Shown piece after piece: positions 38,901 through 47,735 of a stretch of DNA of 64,000 nt. The translations under genes and the position numbers were made by a program. Positions within the stretch are counted from its first letter, which is position 1, and each line of letters begins with the position of its first letter. Under the pieces are notes generated by a model. The model worked only from the letters and a program-made list of their open reading frames with translations, was not told where the DNA came from and did not search any database. The stretch comes from Burkholderiales bacterium (lineage in GTDB: Bacteria > Pseudomonadota > Gammaproteobacteria > Burkholderiales > SG8-39): the NCBI GenBank assembly GCA_014860445.1, contig JACZJT010000018.1, forward strand, positions 13,295-77,294. The letters are read 5' to 3'.

Positions 38901-40738
38901 TCGTGCAGCCAGACCGTCGCCCCGTTCTCGCGCTTGATCTCGTATGGCCGCTCTTCGAGCACTCGCACGCCCATGTGTTCGAGCATCGGGAGAGAGGTCG
39001 ACAGGGGTACCGGCTCAGAATTGCGCAGTATTTTGAGCCGCAGATTGCCCGTACGCGCGTCGTCCGGTTGATACAGATTCAGCGCAAGGCCGTCGGGGTC
39101 GCTCAGGGATTCCATCAGTTCGATGTCGTCGATGGCGTCTCGTACCGCGTAGTCCTCACGGTACGCCGCGGGGAAGGCCGACTTGTAGCTGGCGTGGAGC
39201 ATGTTCCCGCGCTCCTCGCCCCAGTGCGCGAGCAAAGCCTCGTCCAGTTCGTCGTCCCAGCGGCGCGCGACCTGCGCCAGGCGCTTCTCGAGATCGAGCG
39301 CGTCGAAACCCGGCGTGGTCTCCGGCCGGACGTGGACGATGATCAGGATGCGCGCCAGCGCGGACTCAGACAGTTGCACGAAGAATTCCGCCGCGGTTCC
39401 ATTCAGCGCTTCGACCAGGACGTCCCGCATGCGCTGCCGCATCGCCGAATCGAAATGTTCCCTCGGCGTATAAATCAGACAGGAAAAGAAACGACAGAAT
39501 GCATCGCGCCGCATGAACAAGCGCGTTCTCTGGCGCTCGCCCAAGCCGAGTATCCCCATCACGATGGGATAAAGCTCGTTAACATCGACTTGCAGCAACT
39601 CGTCACGCGGATATTGCTCGAGTATGGTCAGCAGCGCCTTGTCGGAGTTGCTCTTGGGCCGAAACCCTGCACGCCTGACCACGTTTGTCACCTTCTTGCG
39701 CAGCAGCGGGATGTCGGCCGGATTGGCGTTATACGCAGTGGAGGTAAATAAACCCAGAAAACGGAGCTCGCCTATCACCTCCCCGTCCCGGCCATAGCGT
39801 TTTATCCCGAGATAGTCGAGGTAGCCAGGCCGGTGCACCGTCGAGCGCGCATTGGTCTTGGTGAGTATCAGCAGACGCTTTTGTCGTGCAATCGCCCGCA
39901 CCTCCGGAAGCAGAGAAGCGAAGGAAACCACCCGCTCCCTGCCGGTTTCGCGCAGAATGCCGATGCCCGATCCGGGCGCGATACGTATCGACTCTTCGCC
40001 GCTTTCGCGCACGAACTGATATTCGCGATAACCCAGCAGCGTAAAGTTGTCGGCGGCGATCCATCGCAGGAATGCGCAGTCCTCGGCAGTATCGTCGGGG
40101 TCCTGCGGTGGCGGATCGCGTTCGATGTCTGCGATGATCTCCGCCAGGCGCTGTTTCATCCTGGGCCAGTCTTCGACGGCCGCGCGCACATCGGCCAGAA
40201 TACGATCCAACCCCTGGTGCAGCGCTTCCAGATCACCAGCATTGCTGCGCCGGTCCACCTCCACATGGATAATGGACTCGTAGTTTCCGGGCGTGTCGTC
40301 GCGATCTTCGGAAATTCCGGTTGCAATTCCGCCGGCATCGCGCACGATCTTCATGATCGGATGAATGATCAGATGCGGAGTCAGGCCCTGGCGATTCACC
40401 TCCATGGTGATCGAGTCCACCAGGAACGGCATGTCTTCGCTGACGATTTCGACCACCGTGTGCGTGGACTGCCAACCCTCTTCATCGACCCGCGGGTTGT
40501 ATATGCGTATCGATGGTTTGCCCCGCACAAATTGACGCGCATGGCTCCAGTGCGACAACGCCGCTCCGCACAGGTCGCGCACGCTTCGGCCGGCCAGGTC
40601 CTCCGAGGCAACCTGCGCGTAAAAGCGCTGCGCGAAGGCTTCGGCCACGGGGGCATCTTCGGCGGAGACGCGAGCCCTGATCAGTTCGGACAACGCAGAC
40701 AGGAGGTCTGCCCTGGATTGCTCATTGAATGTCGGCAT
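35921..40738 (-). CDS. gdhB: NAD-specific glutamate dehydrogenase, large (about 180 kDa) class
   Basis: ORF 35921-40831 trimmed to [13 protein letters not shown].. (ATG 40736-40738), giving 1605 aa. It is colinear with the large bacterial NAD-GDH family (..[27 protein letters not shown].., ..DKGTATFSD..). Confidence 0.92.
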   Translation of the reverse strand: [1605 protein letters not shown]

Positions 40739-40983
40739 GCTGGTTTCCCCACGATGAGTCGGAACCGCCGGGCAGCTACAGTCGGTTTGGCAGAGAATCG
40801 ACGGGCTCAAGCCGATTACGGCCGGACGCACCCGGTGTTGAAGGGCTTATCTTAACAAGGTCGGCGCGATGACGCAGACCAATCTGCATGCCGCAGCGCG
40901 TGATTGGCTGCACGCGACCGGCGCGCGATGCCAGGGGTAAAATGGCACGCGTCCGCACCTGAATCTTCCACGTTCAATCGACG

Positions 40984-42459
40984 ATGCCGCTGAATCAGGA
41001 ACACGTATCCGCCGCGCCGGATCCGCATAATGCGTCTACCGTGCATACCGACATTCCGGCCCGTCTGGACCGGCTGCCCTGGAGCCGCTTCCATTGGCTG
41101 CTTGTATTCGCCTTGGGCGCGAGTTGGGCCATCGACGGCCTCGAGGTAACACTCAAAGGTGCAATCAGCGGCGTTCTGCAGGACCCGGCCACGCTTTATC
41201 TGAGCAGTGTCGAAATCGGTGCACTGGCATCGTTTTATCTGCTGGGCGCCGTCATCGGCGCGCTGGTCTGCGGCTGGCTGACGGATCGCCACGGCCGAGC
41301 CAGGCTGTTTTTCATCACGCTCGCCATTTATCTCACCGGCACATTGCTGACCGCGTTTTCCTGGGATTTCATCAGCATCGCCGCCTTCCGTTGTATTACC
41401 GGATTCGGCATAGGCGGTGAGTACGCCGCAATCAACTCTGCCATCGACGAACTGATTCCAGCGCGCCTGCGTGGCCGCGTCAGCCTGATCATCAATGGCA
41501 GCTTCTGGCTGGGCGCCATGCTCGGTTCAGGGGCCACGCTGGTCCTGCTCGATCCTTCCGTATTCGCCGTCGACACCGGCTGGAGGATCGGATTCGGCGC
41601 AGGCGCCCTGCTCGGTTTCCTGGTGCTGTTCGCACGCGCCTTCATACCGGAGAGCCCGCGCTGGCTCAGCATTCACGGTCGCCATAGGCACGCCGAGCGC
41701 GCCATGGCCGATATCGAAACACGGGTAGCACGGCAGACCGGTGTTGCGTTGACGCCCGTAACCGAGAAACTGACGATCCATCCACGCAGCCGCTTTGGCT
41801 TTCGCATCATTTTCTCGACCTTGTTCACGAAATACCGCAGCCGGGCAGTCCTGTGCTTTGTGCTGATTTCCTCCCAGGCCTTCCTCTACAACGCCATCTT
41901 CTTCACCTATGCGCTCGTCCTGACGCGCTTTTACGCGGTGCCGGCACAGACCACCGGGCTCTACCTTTTGCCCTTCGCGATCGGAAATTTTCTCGGCCCG
42001 CTGTTCCTGGGGCATCTGTTTGACAGCATCGGGCGGCGCACCATGATCTCCGCAACCTACGCCGTCGCAGCCACCCTGCTGCTTGTGACCGGCGCGCTGT
42101 TTGTGAACGAGACGCTGACGGCGCTCGGGCAGACTGCCGCCTGGGCGGTGATTTTCTTTTTCGCGTCGGCCGCGGCCAGTTCCGCCTATCTGACAATCAG
42201 CGAAGTGTTTCCGCTGGAATTACGCGCCCTGTCCATCGCAGTGTTCTATGCCATCGGCACTGCCGCCGGCGGCATCGCCGCGCCTCTGCTGTTCGGCGCC
42301 CTGATCGGCACAGGGGAACGGATCAACGTCTTCTACGGTTATGCACTTGGCGCAACGCTCATGTACGTCGCGGCGGCCTTCGAGCTGCGCTATGGGGTCC
42401 GCGCCGAGCGCGTTTCCCTGGAAACGATAGCTCCGCCGCTGTCTTCGCAGAGCGATTAG
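40984..42459 (+). CDS. MFS transporter
   Basis: 491 aa with about 12 TM segments and MFS loop motifs (..GWLTDRHGRARLF.., ..PESPRWL..). Confidence 0.85.
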   Translation: MPLNQEHVSAAPDPHNASTVHTDIPARLDRLPWSRFHWLLVFALGASWAIDGLEVTLKGAISGVLQDPATLYLSSVEIGALASFYLLGAVIGALVCGWLTDRHGRARLFFITLAIYLTGTLLTAFSWDFISIAAFRCITGFGIGGEYAAINSAIDELIPARLRGRVSLIINGSFWLGAMLGSGATLVLLDPSVFAVDTGWRIGFGAGALLGFLVLFARAFIPESPRWLSIHGRHRHAERAMADIETRVARQTGVALTPVTEKLTIHPRSRFGFRIIFSTLFTKYRSRAVLCFVLISSQAFLYNAIFFTYALVLTRFYAVPAQTTGLYLLPFAIGNFLGPLFLGHLFDSIGRRTMISATYAVAATLLLVTGALFVNETLTALGQTAAWAVIFFFASAAASSAYLTISEVFPLELRALSIAVFYAIGTAAGGIAAPLLFGALIGTGERINVFYGYALGATLMYVAAAFELRYGVRAERVSLETIAPPLSSQSD

Positions 42460-42812
42460 TCTGCTGCCGGGCTCTCCGACTCGGGCAGCGGGACAACGCC
42501 GGCACCGCGCACGGCACGTCCCATCATGATCATCCCCGCGTGCGGCGCATCCAGCCCGGCGCTGAAATAGAGAAAATTGAATACGTCATCCGCGCGCGCA
42601 GCTTCGACCATCACAGTGAGAATCTGCTTTTCGTCGGAATAGACGCGATTGCGCAGGCTGTGCGTGCCGACGCCGCGCGCGTGATGGGCATAGGTGCTGA
42701 TAACGCCGGTCTCGCGCCGCAGGGCCTCGATAACTTCGCTGCCATTGCCCGCCGGCATGATGCAGATGAGCACGCGATATTCGCCGCGAGCGGGCAGCGC
42801 TGTCTTATCCAT
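42456..42812 (-). CDS. PII-like (GlnB superfamily) signalling protein, copy 2
   Basis: ORF 42456-42833. The ATG at 42810-42812 (MDKTALPARGEYRVLICI..) overlaps the upstream PII-like stop in ATGGATAA, suggesting translational coupling. The beta-alpha-beta x2 pattern is ..VLICIMPAGNGSEVIEALRRETG..ILTVMVEAARADDVFNFLY... Confidence 0.65.
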   Translation of the reverse strand: MDKTALPARGEYRVLICIMPAGNGSEVIEALRRETGVISTYAHHARGVGTHSLRNRVYSDEKQILTVMVEAARADDVFNFLYFSAGLDAPHAGMIMMGRAVRGAGVVPLPESESPAAD

Positions 42813-43188
42813 GATGACTCTGGTGCGAGCCAAAGCGCGCCGCGACTTCCGGAGGGACGTAAGTTGCCATTTTTTCCAGCGGCATCATGTAGATCATCCC
42901 CATTCCCGGCGTGTCGAGCTGGGCGGCGACATAGACGCGCTCGAATATGTGGTCCGCATGATCCCCCGGGGCCACAATGTAGAGCACTTCCTTTTCCGCG
43001 TTGATCGTAATCCCGAGCACTCCCAGGTGCTTTTGGCGCACGCCGGTTCCGCGCGCATAGAAAATAGTCGCACCCTGTGCCCCTGCTTCGGTGGCGGCGT
43101 CGACCACTACATCGGCCAAGCCGCGCTGCACGATGCAGGTGATCAACACTGCGTCGGTCAGTACCACGATCTCGTCGCGTCGTTTCAT
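42805..43188 (-). CDS. PII-like (GlnB superfamily) signalling protein, copy 1
   Basis: ORF 42805-43206. The ATG at 43186-43188 (MKRRDEIVVL..) follows GGAGGAAG. Pattern ..LITCIVQRGLADVVVDAATEAGAQGATIFYARGTG..VLYIVAPGDHADHIFERVY... Confidence 0.68.
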   Translation of the reverse strand: MKRRDEIVVLTDAVLITCIVQRGLADVVVDAATEAGAQGATIFYARGTGVRQKHLGVLGITINAEKEVLYIVAPGDHADHIFERVYVAAQLDTPGMGMIYMMPLEKMATYVPPEVAARFGSHQSHHG

Positions 43189-43213
43189 TCCGTCTTCCTC
43201 CATCACGCCAACT

Positions 43214-44947
43214 TCAGGTTTCGCGGCTACGTCGGCGTCGGATCCACAAGCCCACCGCCAGCACGCTGATAATCGGCCCTGCCGATGCCATCGCCAGAAT
43301 GCCGAATCCCTCCGCAGCGCCGACCGCCCTGCTCAGCCCGATTCCAAGCGCCAGAACCAGCGGCACCGTCACCGGGCCGGTAGTAACCCCTGCGCTATCC
43401 CAGGCCAGGCTCACGTACTCTTCGAGCGACAGCACGGTGCAAACCAATGCCAGGGTGTAGGCGCCAAGCAACAGCGGCAGCATCGGCCACTGGAATATGA
43501 TCTTGGCCACGCCCAGCGCGGTGCCTGCCGCCACGCCGACTGCGACGGACCGGATTAACAGTCGCCGCGGAAACGCCCCATCGGTCAGATTTTCCACGGT
43601 CACACCCATGGCGTTGAGCGCGGGTTCGGCGGCGGTGGCACCGTATCCGATCGCGGCGGCGAACAACAGGGTGAGGCATACGCCGAAGATATAGGGATAG
43701 AGCGGCTTGGCACCATTGATGCCATGAAACGCGGAGGGGATGATGTTCCCCGCCTGCTCTCCCAGCGGAATCAGGCCCACTGTCAGCCCGAGATTGAACA
43801 AGGTCATGCCAAGCACGGCCACAACCACACCGTAGATAACGATCTGACGATGAGCCAGTTTTTCTCCCAGCACGTAGCGCTGGGCCAGCCACAAGAGCAG
43901 GATGAGCGGGGCAATGGACCGCAATGACGCCAGCAATTCCGCCAGCGGCGTCATGTCCCACCACGCCAATGTATCGCCGGCGCTGACGAGTGCGGGCAGT
44001 GCTGACGGATCGGGTACGTCGGCCACGAGACCTGACGCGACCAGAATGACCGCCATCGCCGGAAACAGCGAAGCCAGCGTCACGATGCCGAAGCCGGAGA
44101 GCGGATTGTCCCGCCGGCCTGCAGCGGCCGAGACACCGATTCCCAGTGCAAGCACCAGGGGCACGGTTACCGGACCGGTGGTGATGGCCCCGCAGTCCCA
44201 GGCAAGCCCGAGTATGGGCGCCAGACGCGGATCAAGCCCCGCGTAGATGGAAGCGGCTAGGCAGGGAAGCAGCACCGCAATCACCAGGGTCTTCATGCGC
44301 CACGCGAAAATGAAGCGCAGCATGCCCAGAACCACCGCGGCGCCTACGCCGGCGCCTACGGCGAAGACCAGGCGGTCCGGATAGCGCGTGAGCAACAGGT
44401 GCAGCCAGGGGGTGCGCGCAGGATCCAGCCCGGCGCCCGCAGCCCGCAGCGCACCGATCGCAGGTTCGGCAAAGGTAGCGATGCCGCCGAGCAGGAATGC
44501 AAATGCGAGCACCACCGAGGTCGGCGTGCGGCTGGGCAGCTTGAATCCGATATTTTCGGAAAACGGCATCAATCCATACTTGACGCCGTCCATGAAGAAC
44601 ATCAACCCGAGCATGACCGCGAGCATGCCGAACGCGATCTCGTCGCCCTCGATCAACGAGGAGCGCAATGCCACGATCTGGAACAAGGCCAGAAACAGTG
44701 CCAACGGCACTACGGCTCGCGCCTGCTCCAGAAAACGCACACTGACATAAGGTGTAAGCAGGCGGTGCAGGTCGATGAGGCGCAGCTTCGGCGCATTGTC
44801 CTTGTCACGGCGCGGCGCTTCGGCATACACCTGGTTGTAGCTGACCGGCCGTTGCTTGACGCGCACCGCACTCAGGAATTCGCCGTAACGTATCCTTGGG
44901 CCGGGACGTTCCGGGTTTTCAGCAGATTCGGCGTCAGAGTGCGACAC
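43214..44947 (-). CDS. Membrane protein with two tandem DUF1538 domains
   Basis: 577 aa, polytopic. The motif is repeated as ..LAWDCGAITTGPVTVPLVLALGIG.. and ..LAWDSAGVTTGPVTVPLVLALGIG... Confidence 0.82.
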   Translation of the reverse strand: MSHSDAESAENPERPGPRIRYGEFLSAVRVKQRPVSYNQVYAEAPRRDKDNAPKLRLIDLHRLLTPYVSVRFLEQARAVVPLALFLALFQIVALRSSLIEGDEIAFGMLAVMLGLMFFMDGVKYGLMPFSENIGFKLPSRTPTSVVLAFAFLLGGIATFAEPAIGALRAAGAGLDPARTPWLHLLLTRYPDRLVFAVGAGVGAAVVLGMLRFIFAWRMKTLVIAVLLPCLAASIYAGLDPRLAPILGLAWDCGAITTGPVTVPLVLALGIGVSAAAGRRDNPLSGFGIVTLASLFPAMAVILVASGLVADVPDPSALPALVSAGDTLAWWDMTPLAELLASLRSIAPLILLLWLAQRYVLGEKLAHRQIVIYGVVVAVLGMTLFNLGLTVGLIPLGEQAGNIIPSAFHGINGAKPLYPYIFGVCLTLLFAAAIGYGATAAEPALNAMGVTVENLTDGAFPRRLLIRSVAVGVAAGTALGVAKIIFQWPMLPLLLGAYTLALVCTVLSLEEYVSLAWDSAGVTTGPVTVPLVLALGIGLSRAVGAAEGFGILAMASAGPIISVLAVGLWIRRRRSRET

Positions 44948-44991
44948 GATGCCTGCGGACCTGAATCAAGGACTGCGCATTTGATCCGGTG

Positions 44992-45876
44992 CTATTTTTT
45001 CGTGGGTTCCGCCTGCTTGGGCTCCGCTGTTGCTGCGGGAGCCATCCCGGCAGCAACTTCGATCTTTGCCTTGGCTTTCAGTTCATCGAAGTACTTCCGC
45101 AGATTCTGACCCTGCAGCTGCTGCATCAAGTTGTCCTTGACCTGCTCCAGCGCCGGCGCGGGTTTCATCCGGGAGTCATCCAGCATGATCACGTGATAGC
45201 CAAATTGCGTCTTGACCGGTTCTTCGCTGAATTTGCCTTTCGCCAACGCCGCTACCGCCGCGCCGAATTCCGGAACCATGCCGTGCGGATCGAACCAACC
45301 CAGGTCGCCGCCATTGGCTTTCGAACCCCGGTCTTTTGATTTTTCCTTCGCCAGCGCTTCAAATGCTTGCGGATTCTTCTTCAGCTTGGCGATGATTTCC
45401 TTGGCCTCTGCTTCCGTTTCAACCAGAATGTGCCGCGCTTTGTACTCCTGGCCGCTCGCTTCTGCCTTGAGTTTTTCGTAGCCTGCGTTCAGTTCGGCAT
45501 CGCTGATCGTGTGATTCTTGACGTAGTCCTGTATGAACGCATCGACCAGGACGGACTGTCGGCCCAGTTCCAGACGGTTCGCTACTTCGGGCGTCTTATC
45601 CAATCCACTCTTGATCGCCTCTTGCGTGATGATGAGTTGCATCGCCAGCCGGTCGATGAACGCCTTGCGCGCTTCGGCGCCGGCCTCACGCCCGAGATCG
45701 CCGCGCTGCTTCATCATCATTTCAACGAGGCTTTCGCTGATGGGCGATCCATTGACCGTCGCGGCGACGGCGCCTTTGGACGTTCCCGCAGCGGGGACGG
45801 AATCGTTAAAACCGCATGCGCTCAAGGCCAGCAGCGTAGCCGCGCCAACCAGGAGAATCCTGGACTTGATAGACAT
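44992..45876 (-). CDS. Peptidyl-prolyl cis-trans isomerase, parvulin (PpiC) type, lipoprotein
   Basis: 294 aa. Lipobox LALSAC. Parvulin core ..YKARHILVETEAEAKEIIAKLKK..DLGWFDPHGMVPEF..FGYHVIML... Confidence 0.85.
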   Translation of the reverse strand: MSIKSRILLVGAATLLALSACGFNDSVPAAGTSKGAVAATVNGSPISESLVEMMMKQRGDLGREAGAEARKAFIDRLAMQLIITQEAIKSGLDKTPEVANRLELGRQSVLVDAFIQDYVKNHTISDAELNAGYEKLKAEASGQEYKARHILVETEAEAKEIIAKLKKNPQAFEALAKEKSKDRGSKANGGDLGWFDPHGMVPEFGAAVAALAKGKFSEEPVKTQFGYHVIMLDDSRMKPAPALEQVKDNLMQQLQGQNLRKYFDELKAKAKIEVAAGMAPAATAEPKQAEPTKK

Positions 45877-46028
45877 TTTTTTGAAATTCCTATTCAGGGA
45901 GTGGGCTCATTCGAGCAGCAGGTGCATCAAGCCGGTTATTTTACCAGTTTGAGACCGAGTTCCACGAGGGAATATCCATGTGCGGTTCCACGCCCGGGTC
46001 CGCCCTTCCGTCGCCCCCGCCGGCGTTA

Positions 46029-47669
46029 CTACGCGCGCCTGTCCAGCACCATCATGGCGCCCCGCTCGGCAATCATCAGGGTCGGCGAATTCGTATTGCC
46101 GGAGGTGATCGCCGGCATGACCGAGGCGTCGATAACGCGCAAGCCGTCAATACCGCGCACCCGCAACTGCGGATCGACCACCGCCGACGGATCGTCCGCG
46201 CGCCCCATGCGGCAGGTGCCCACCGGGTGAAAAATGGTAGTGCCGACGTTTCCGGCCGCGATTGCGAGTTCCTCGTCGGTCTGAAAGCCCGGTCCCGGCA
46301 GGAATTCCTCGGGTGCGTACTTCTGCATCGTCCGCGTGCCAAGCACGATGCGCCGCGCCATGCGCAAGGACGCGGCCGCTATGCGCCGGTCTTCCGGCGC
46401 GCTCAGGTAATTGAGCATGATCGCCGGATGCGCGCGAGCGTCGTTTGATTTGATGCGGACATGGCCGCGCGAGGCCGGCCGCAGATTGCATACGCTTGCG
46501 GTAAACGCCGGGAACGGGTGCAGTGGATCGCCGAACTTGTCAAGCGACAGCGGCTGTACGTGGAACTCCAGATTGGGCGTGGCTTGCGCCGGATCGCTCT
46601 TAAAAAATGCGCCCAGCTGCGACGGCGCCATGGTCAGAGGACCGGTGCGATGCAGCGCGTATTCAAGCGCCATCTTCGCCTTTCCCCACCAGGAATTGGC
46701 CATGGTATTCAAAGTCAGCACGTTCTGCACTTTGAACGCCATGCGCAGCTGCAGGTGGTCCTGCAGGTTCTCGCCCACGGCCAGATCCTGCACCACCGCT
46801 ATGCCCTGCTGCTGCAGCAGCGCGCCCGGCCCGATGCCAGACAGCTGCAGTATCTGCGGGCTTCCGATTGCGCCTGCGGCGAGCAGGGTATCGCGCGTGG
46901 CAGCGGCGAACGCCTCCTCGCCGCCGCATACGTATTCGACGCCCAGCACTCGCCTGCCGTCCATCCTCAGCTTGTTCACCTGGGCTCCGGTGATGACGCT
47001 GAGGTTGGACCGGCCGGCGGCCGGTCGCAGGAAGGCTTTCGAACTGTTCACACGCACGCCGCGGCGCTGGTTGACTTCGAATTTGGAACTGCCCGCGTTG
47101 TCACCGCGATTGAAGTCTTCGATCTTGGCTATGCCGGCTTCCAGGGCGGCGTCGCGAAAGGCATCCAGGATCTCCCAGGACAGTCGCTGGCGCTCCACCC
47201 GCCATTCATGCCCTTCAGCGTCGTCCAGTGTTCTTCCTCCATGGAATTCATTGGCGCCGCCCCAGTGGTCTTCGGATTTCTTGAATATCGGCAGCACGTT
47301 CTGCCACGACCAGCCGGGATCGCCGGTCTGGCGCGCCCACTCGTCGTAGTCGCGCTCCTGACCGCGCAAATAGAGCATCGCGTTGATCGATGAACTGCCC
47401 CCGAGCACGCGGCCGCGCGCGTAGAGTATCGAGCGCCCATTGAGCCCGGGATCGGCTTCGGTCCGGTAGCACCAGTCGGTGCGCGGATTGCCGATGCAGT
47501 AAAGGTAACCCACGGGGATGTGTATCCAGATCCAGTCGTCTTTTCCCCCTGCCTCCAGCAACAGCACCTTGTTGCCTTGATCGGCTGACAGTCGATTGGC
47601 GAGCAGGCAGCCGGCGGTGCCGCCTCCGACGATGACGTAATCGAAAATGCCCGCAGATTTCATAGCCAT
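46029..47669 (-). CDS. GMC family oxidoreductase (choline dehydrogenase-like)
   Basis: 546 aa. FDYVIVGGGTAGCLLANRLS is the N-terminal FAD fold. GMC signatures are present, and the C-terminus has ..HPVGTCRMG... Confidence 0.9.
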   Translation of the reverse strand: MAMKSAGIFDYVIVGGGTAGCLLANRLSADQGNKVLLLEAGGKDDWIWIHIPVGYLYCIGNPRTDWCYRTEADPGLNGRSILYARGRVLGGSSSINAMLYLRGQERDYDEWARQTGDPGWSWQNVLPIFKKSEDHWGGANEFHGGRTLDDAEGHEWRVERQRLSWEILDAFRDAALEAGIAKIEDFNRGDNAGSSKFEVNQRRGVRVNSSKAFLRPAAGRSNLSVITGAQVNKLRMDGRRVLGVEYVCGGEEAFAAATRDTLLAAGAIGSPQILQLSGIGPGALLQQQGIAVVQDLAVGENLQDHLQLRMAFKVQNVLTLNTMANSWWGKAKMALEYALHRTGPLTMAPSQLGAFFKSDPAQATPNLEFHVQPLSLDKFGDPLHPFPAFTASVCNLRPASRGHVRIKSNDARAHPAIMLNYLSAPEDRRIAAASLRMARRIVLGTRTMQKYAPEEFLPGPGFQTDEELAIAAGNVGTTIFHPVGTCRMGRADDPSAVVDPQLRVRGIDGLRVIDASVMPAITSGNTNSPTLMIAERGAMMVLDRRA

Positions 47670-47735
47670 GTCGGATATCCTTTCGCTGCAAAAAGGCCGG
47701 TGCCGCCTGCGCTCGGGCAGCGGCCGCCCGTCTGG

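Noticed and set aside
37712-39751. 679-aa plus-strand ORF inside the gdhB region
   Set aside because: It is antisense to the 1605-aa NAD-GDH, which has unambiguous family similarity along its whole length. The composition is that of an Arg-rich shadow frame.
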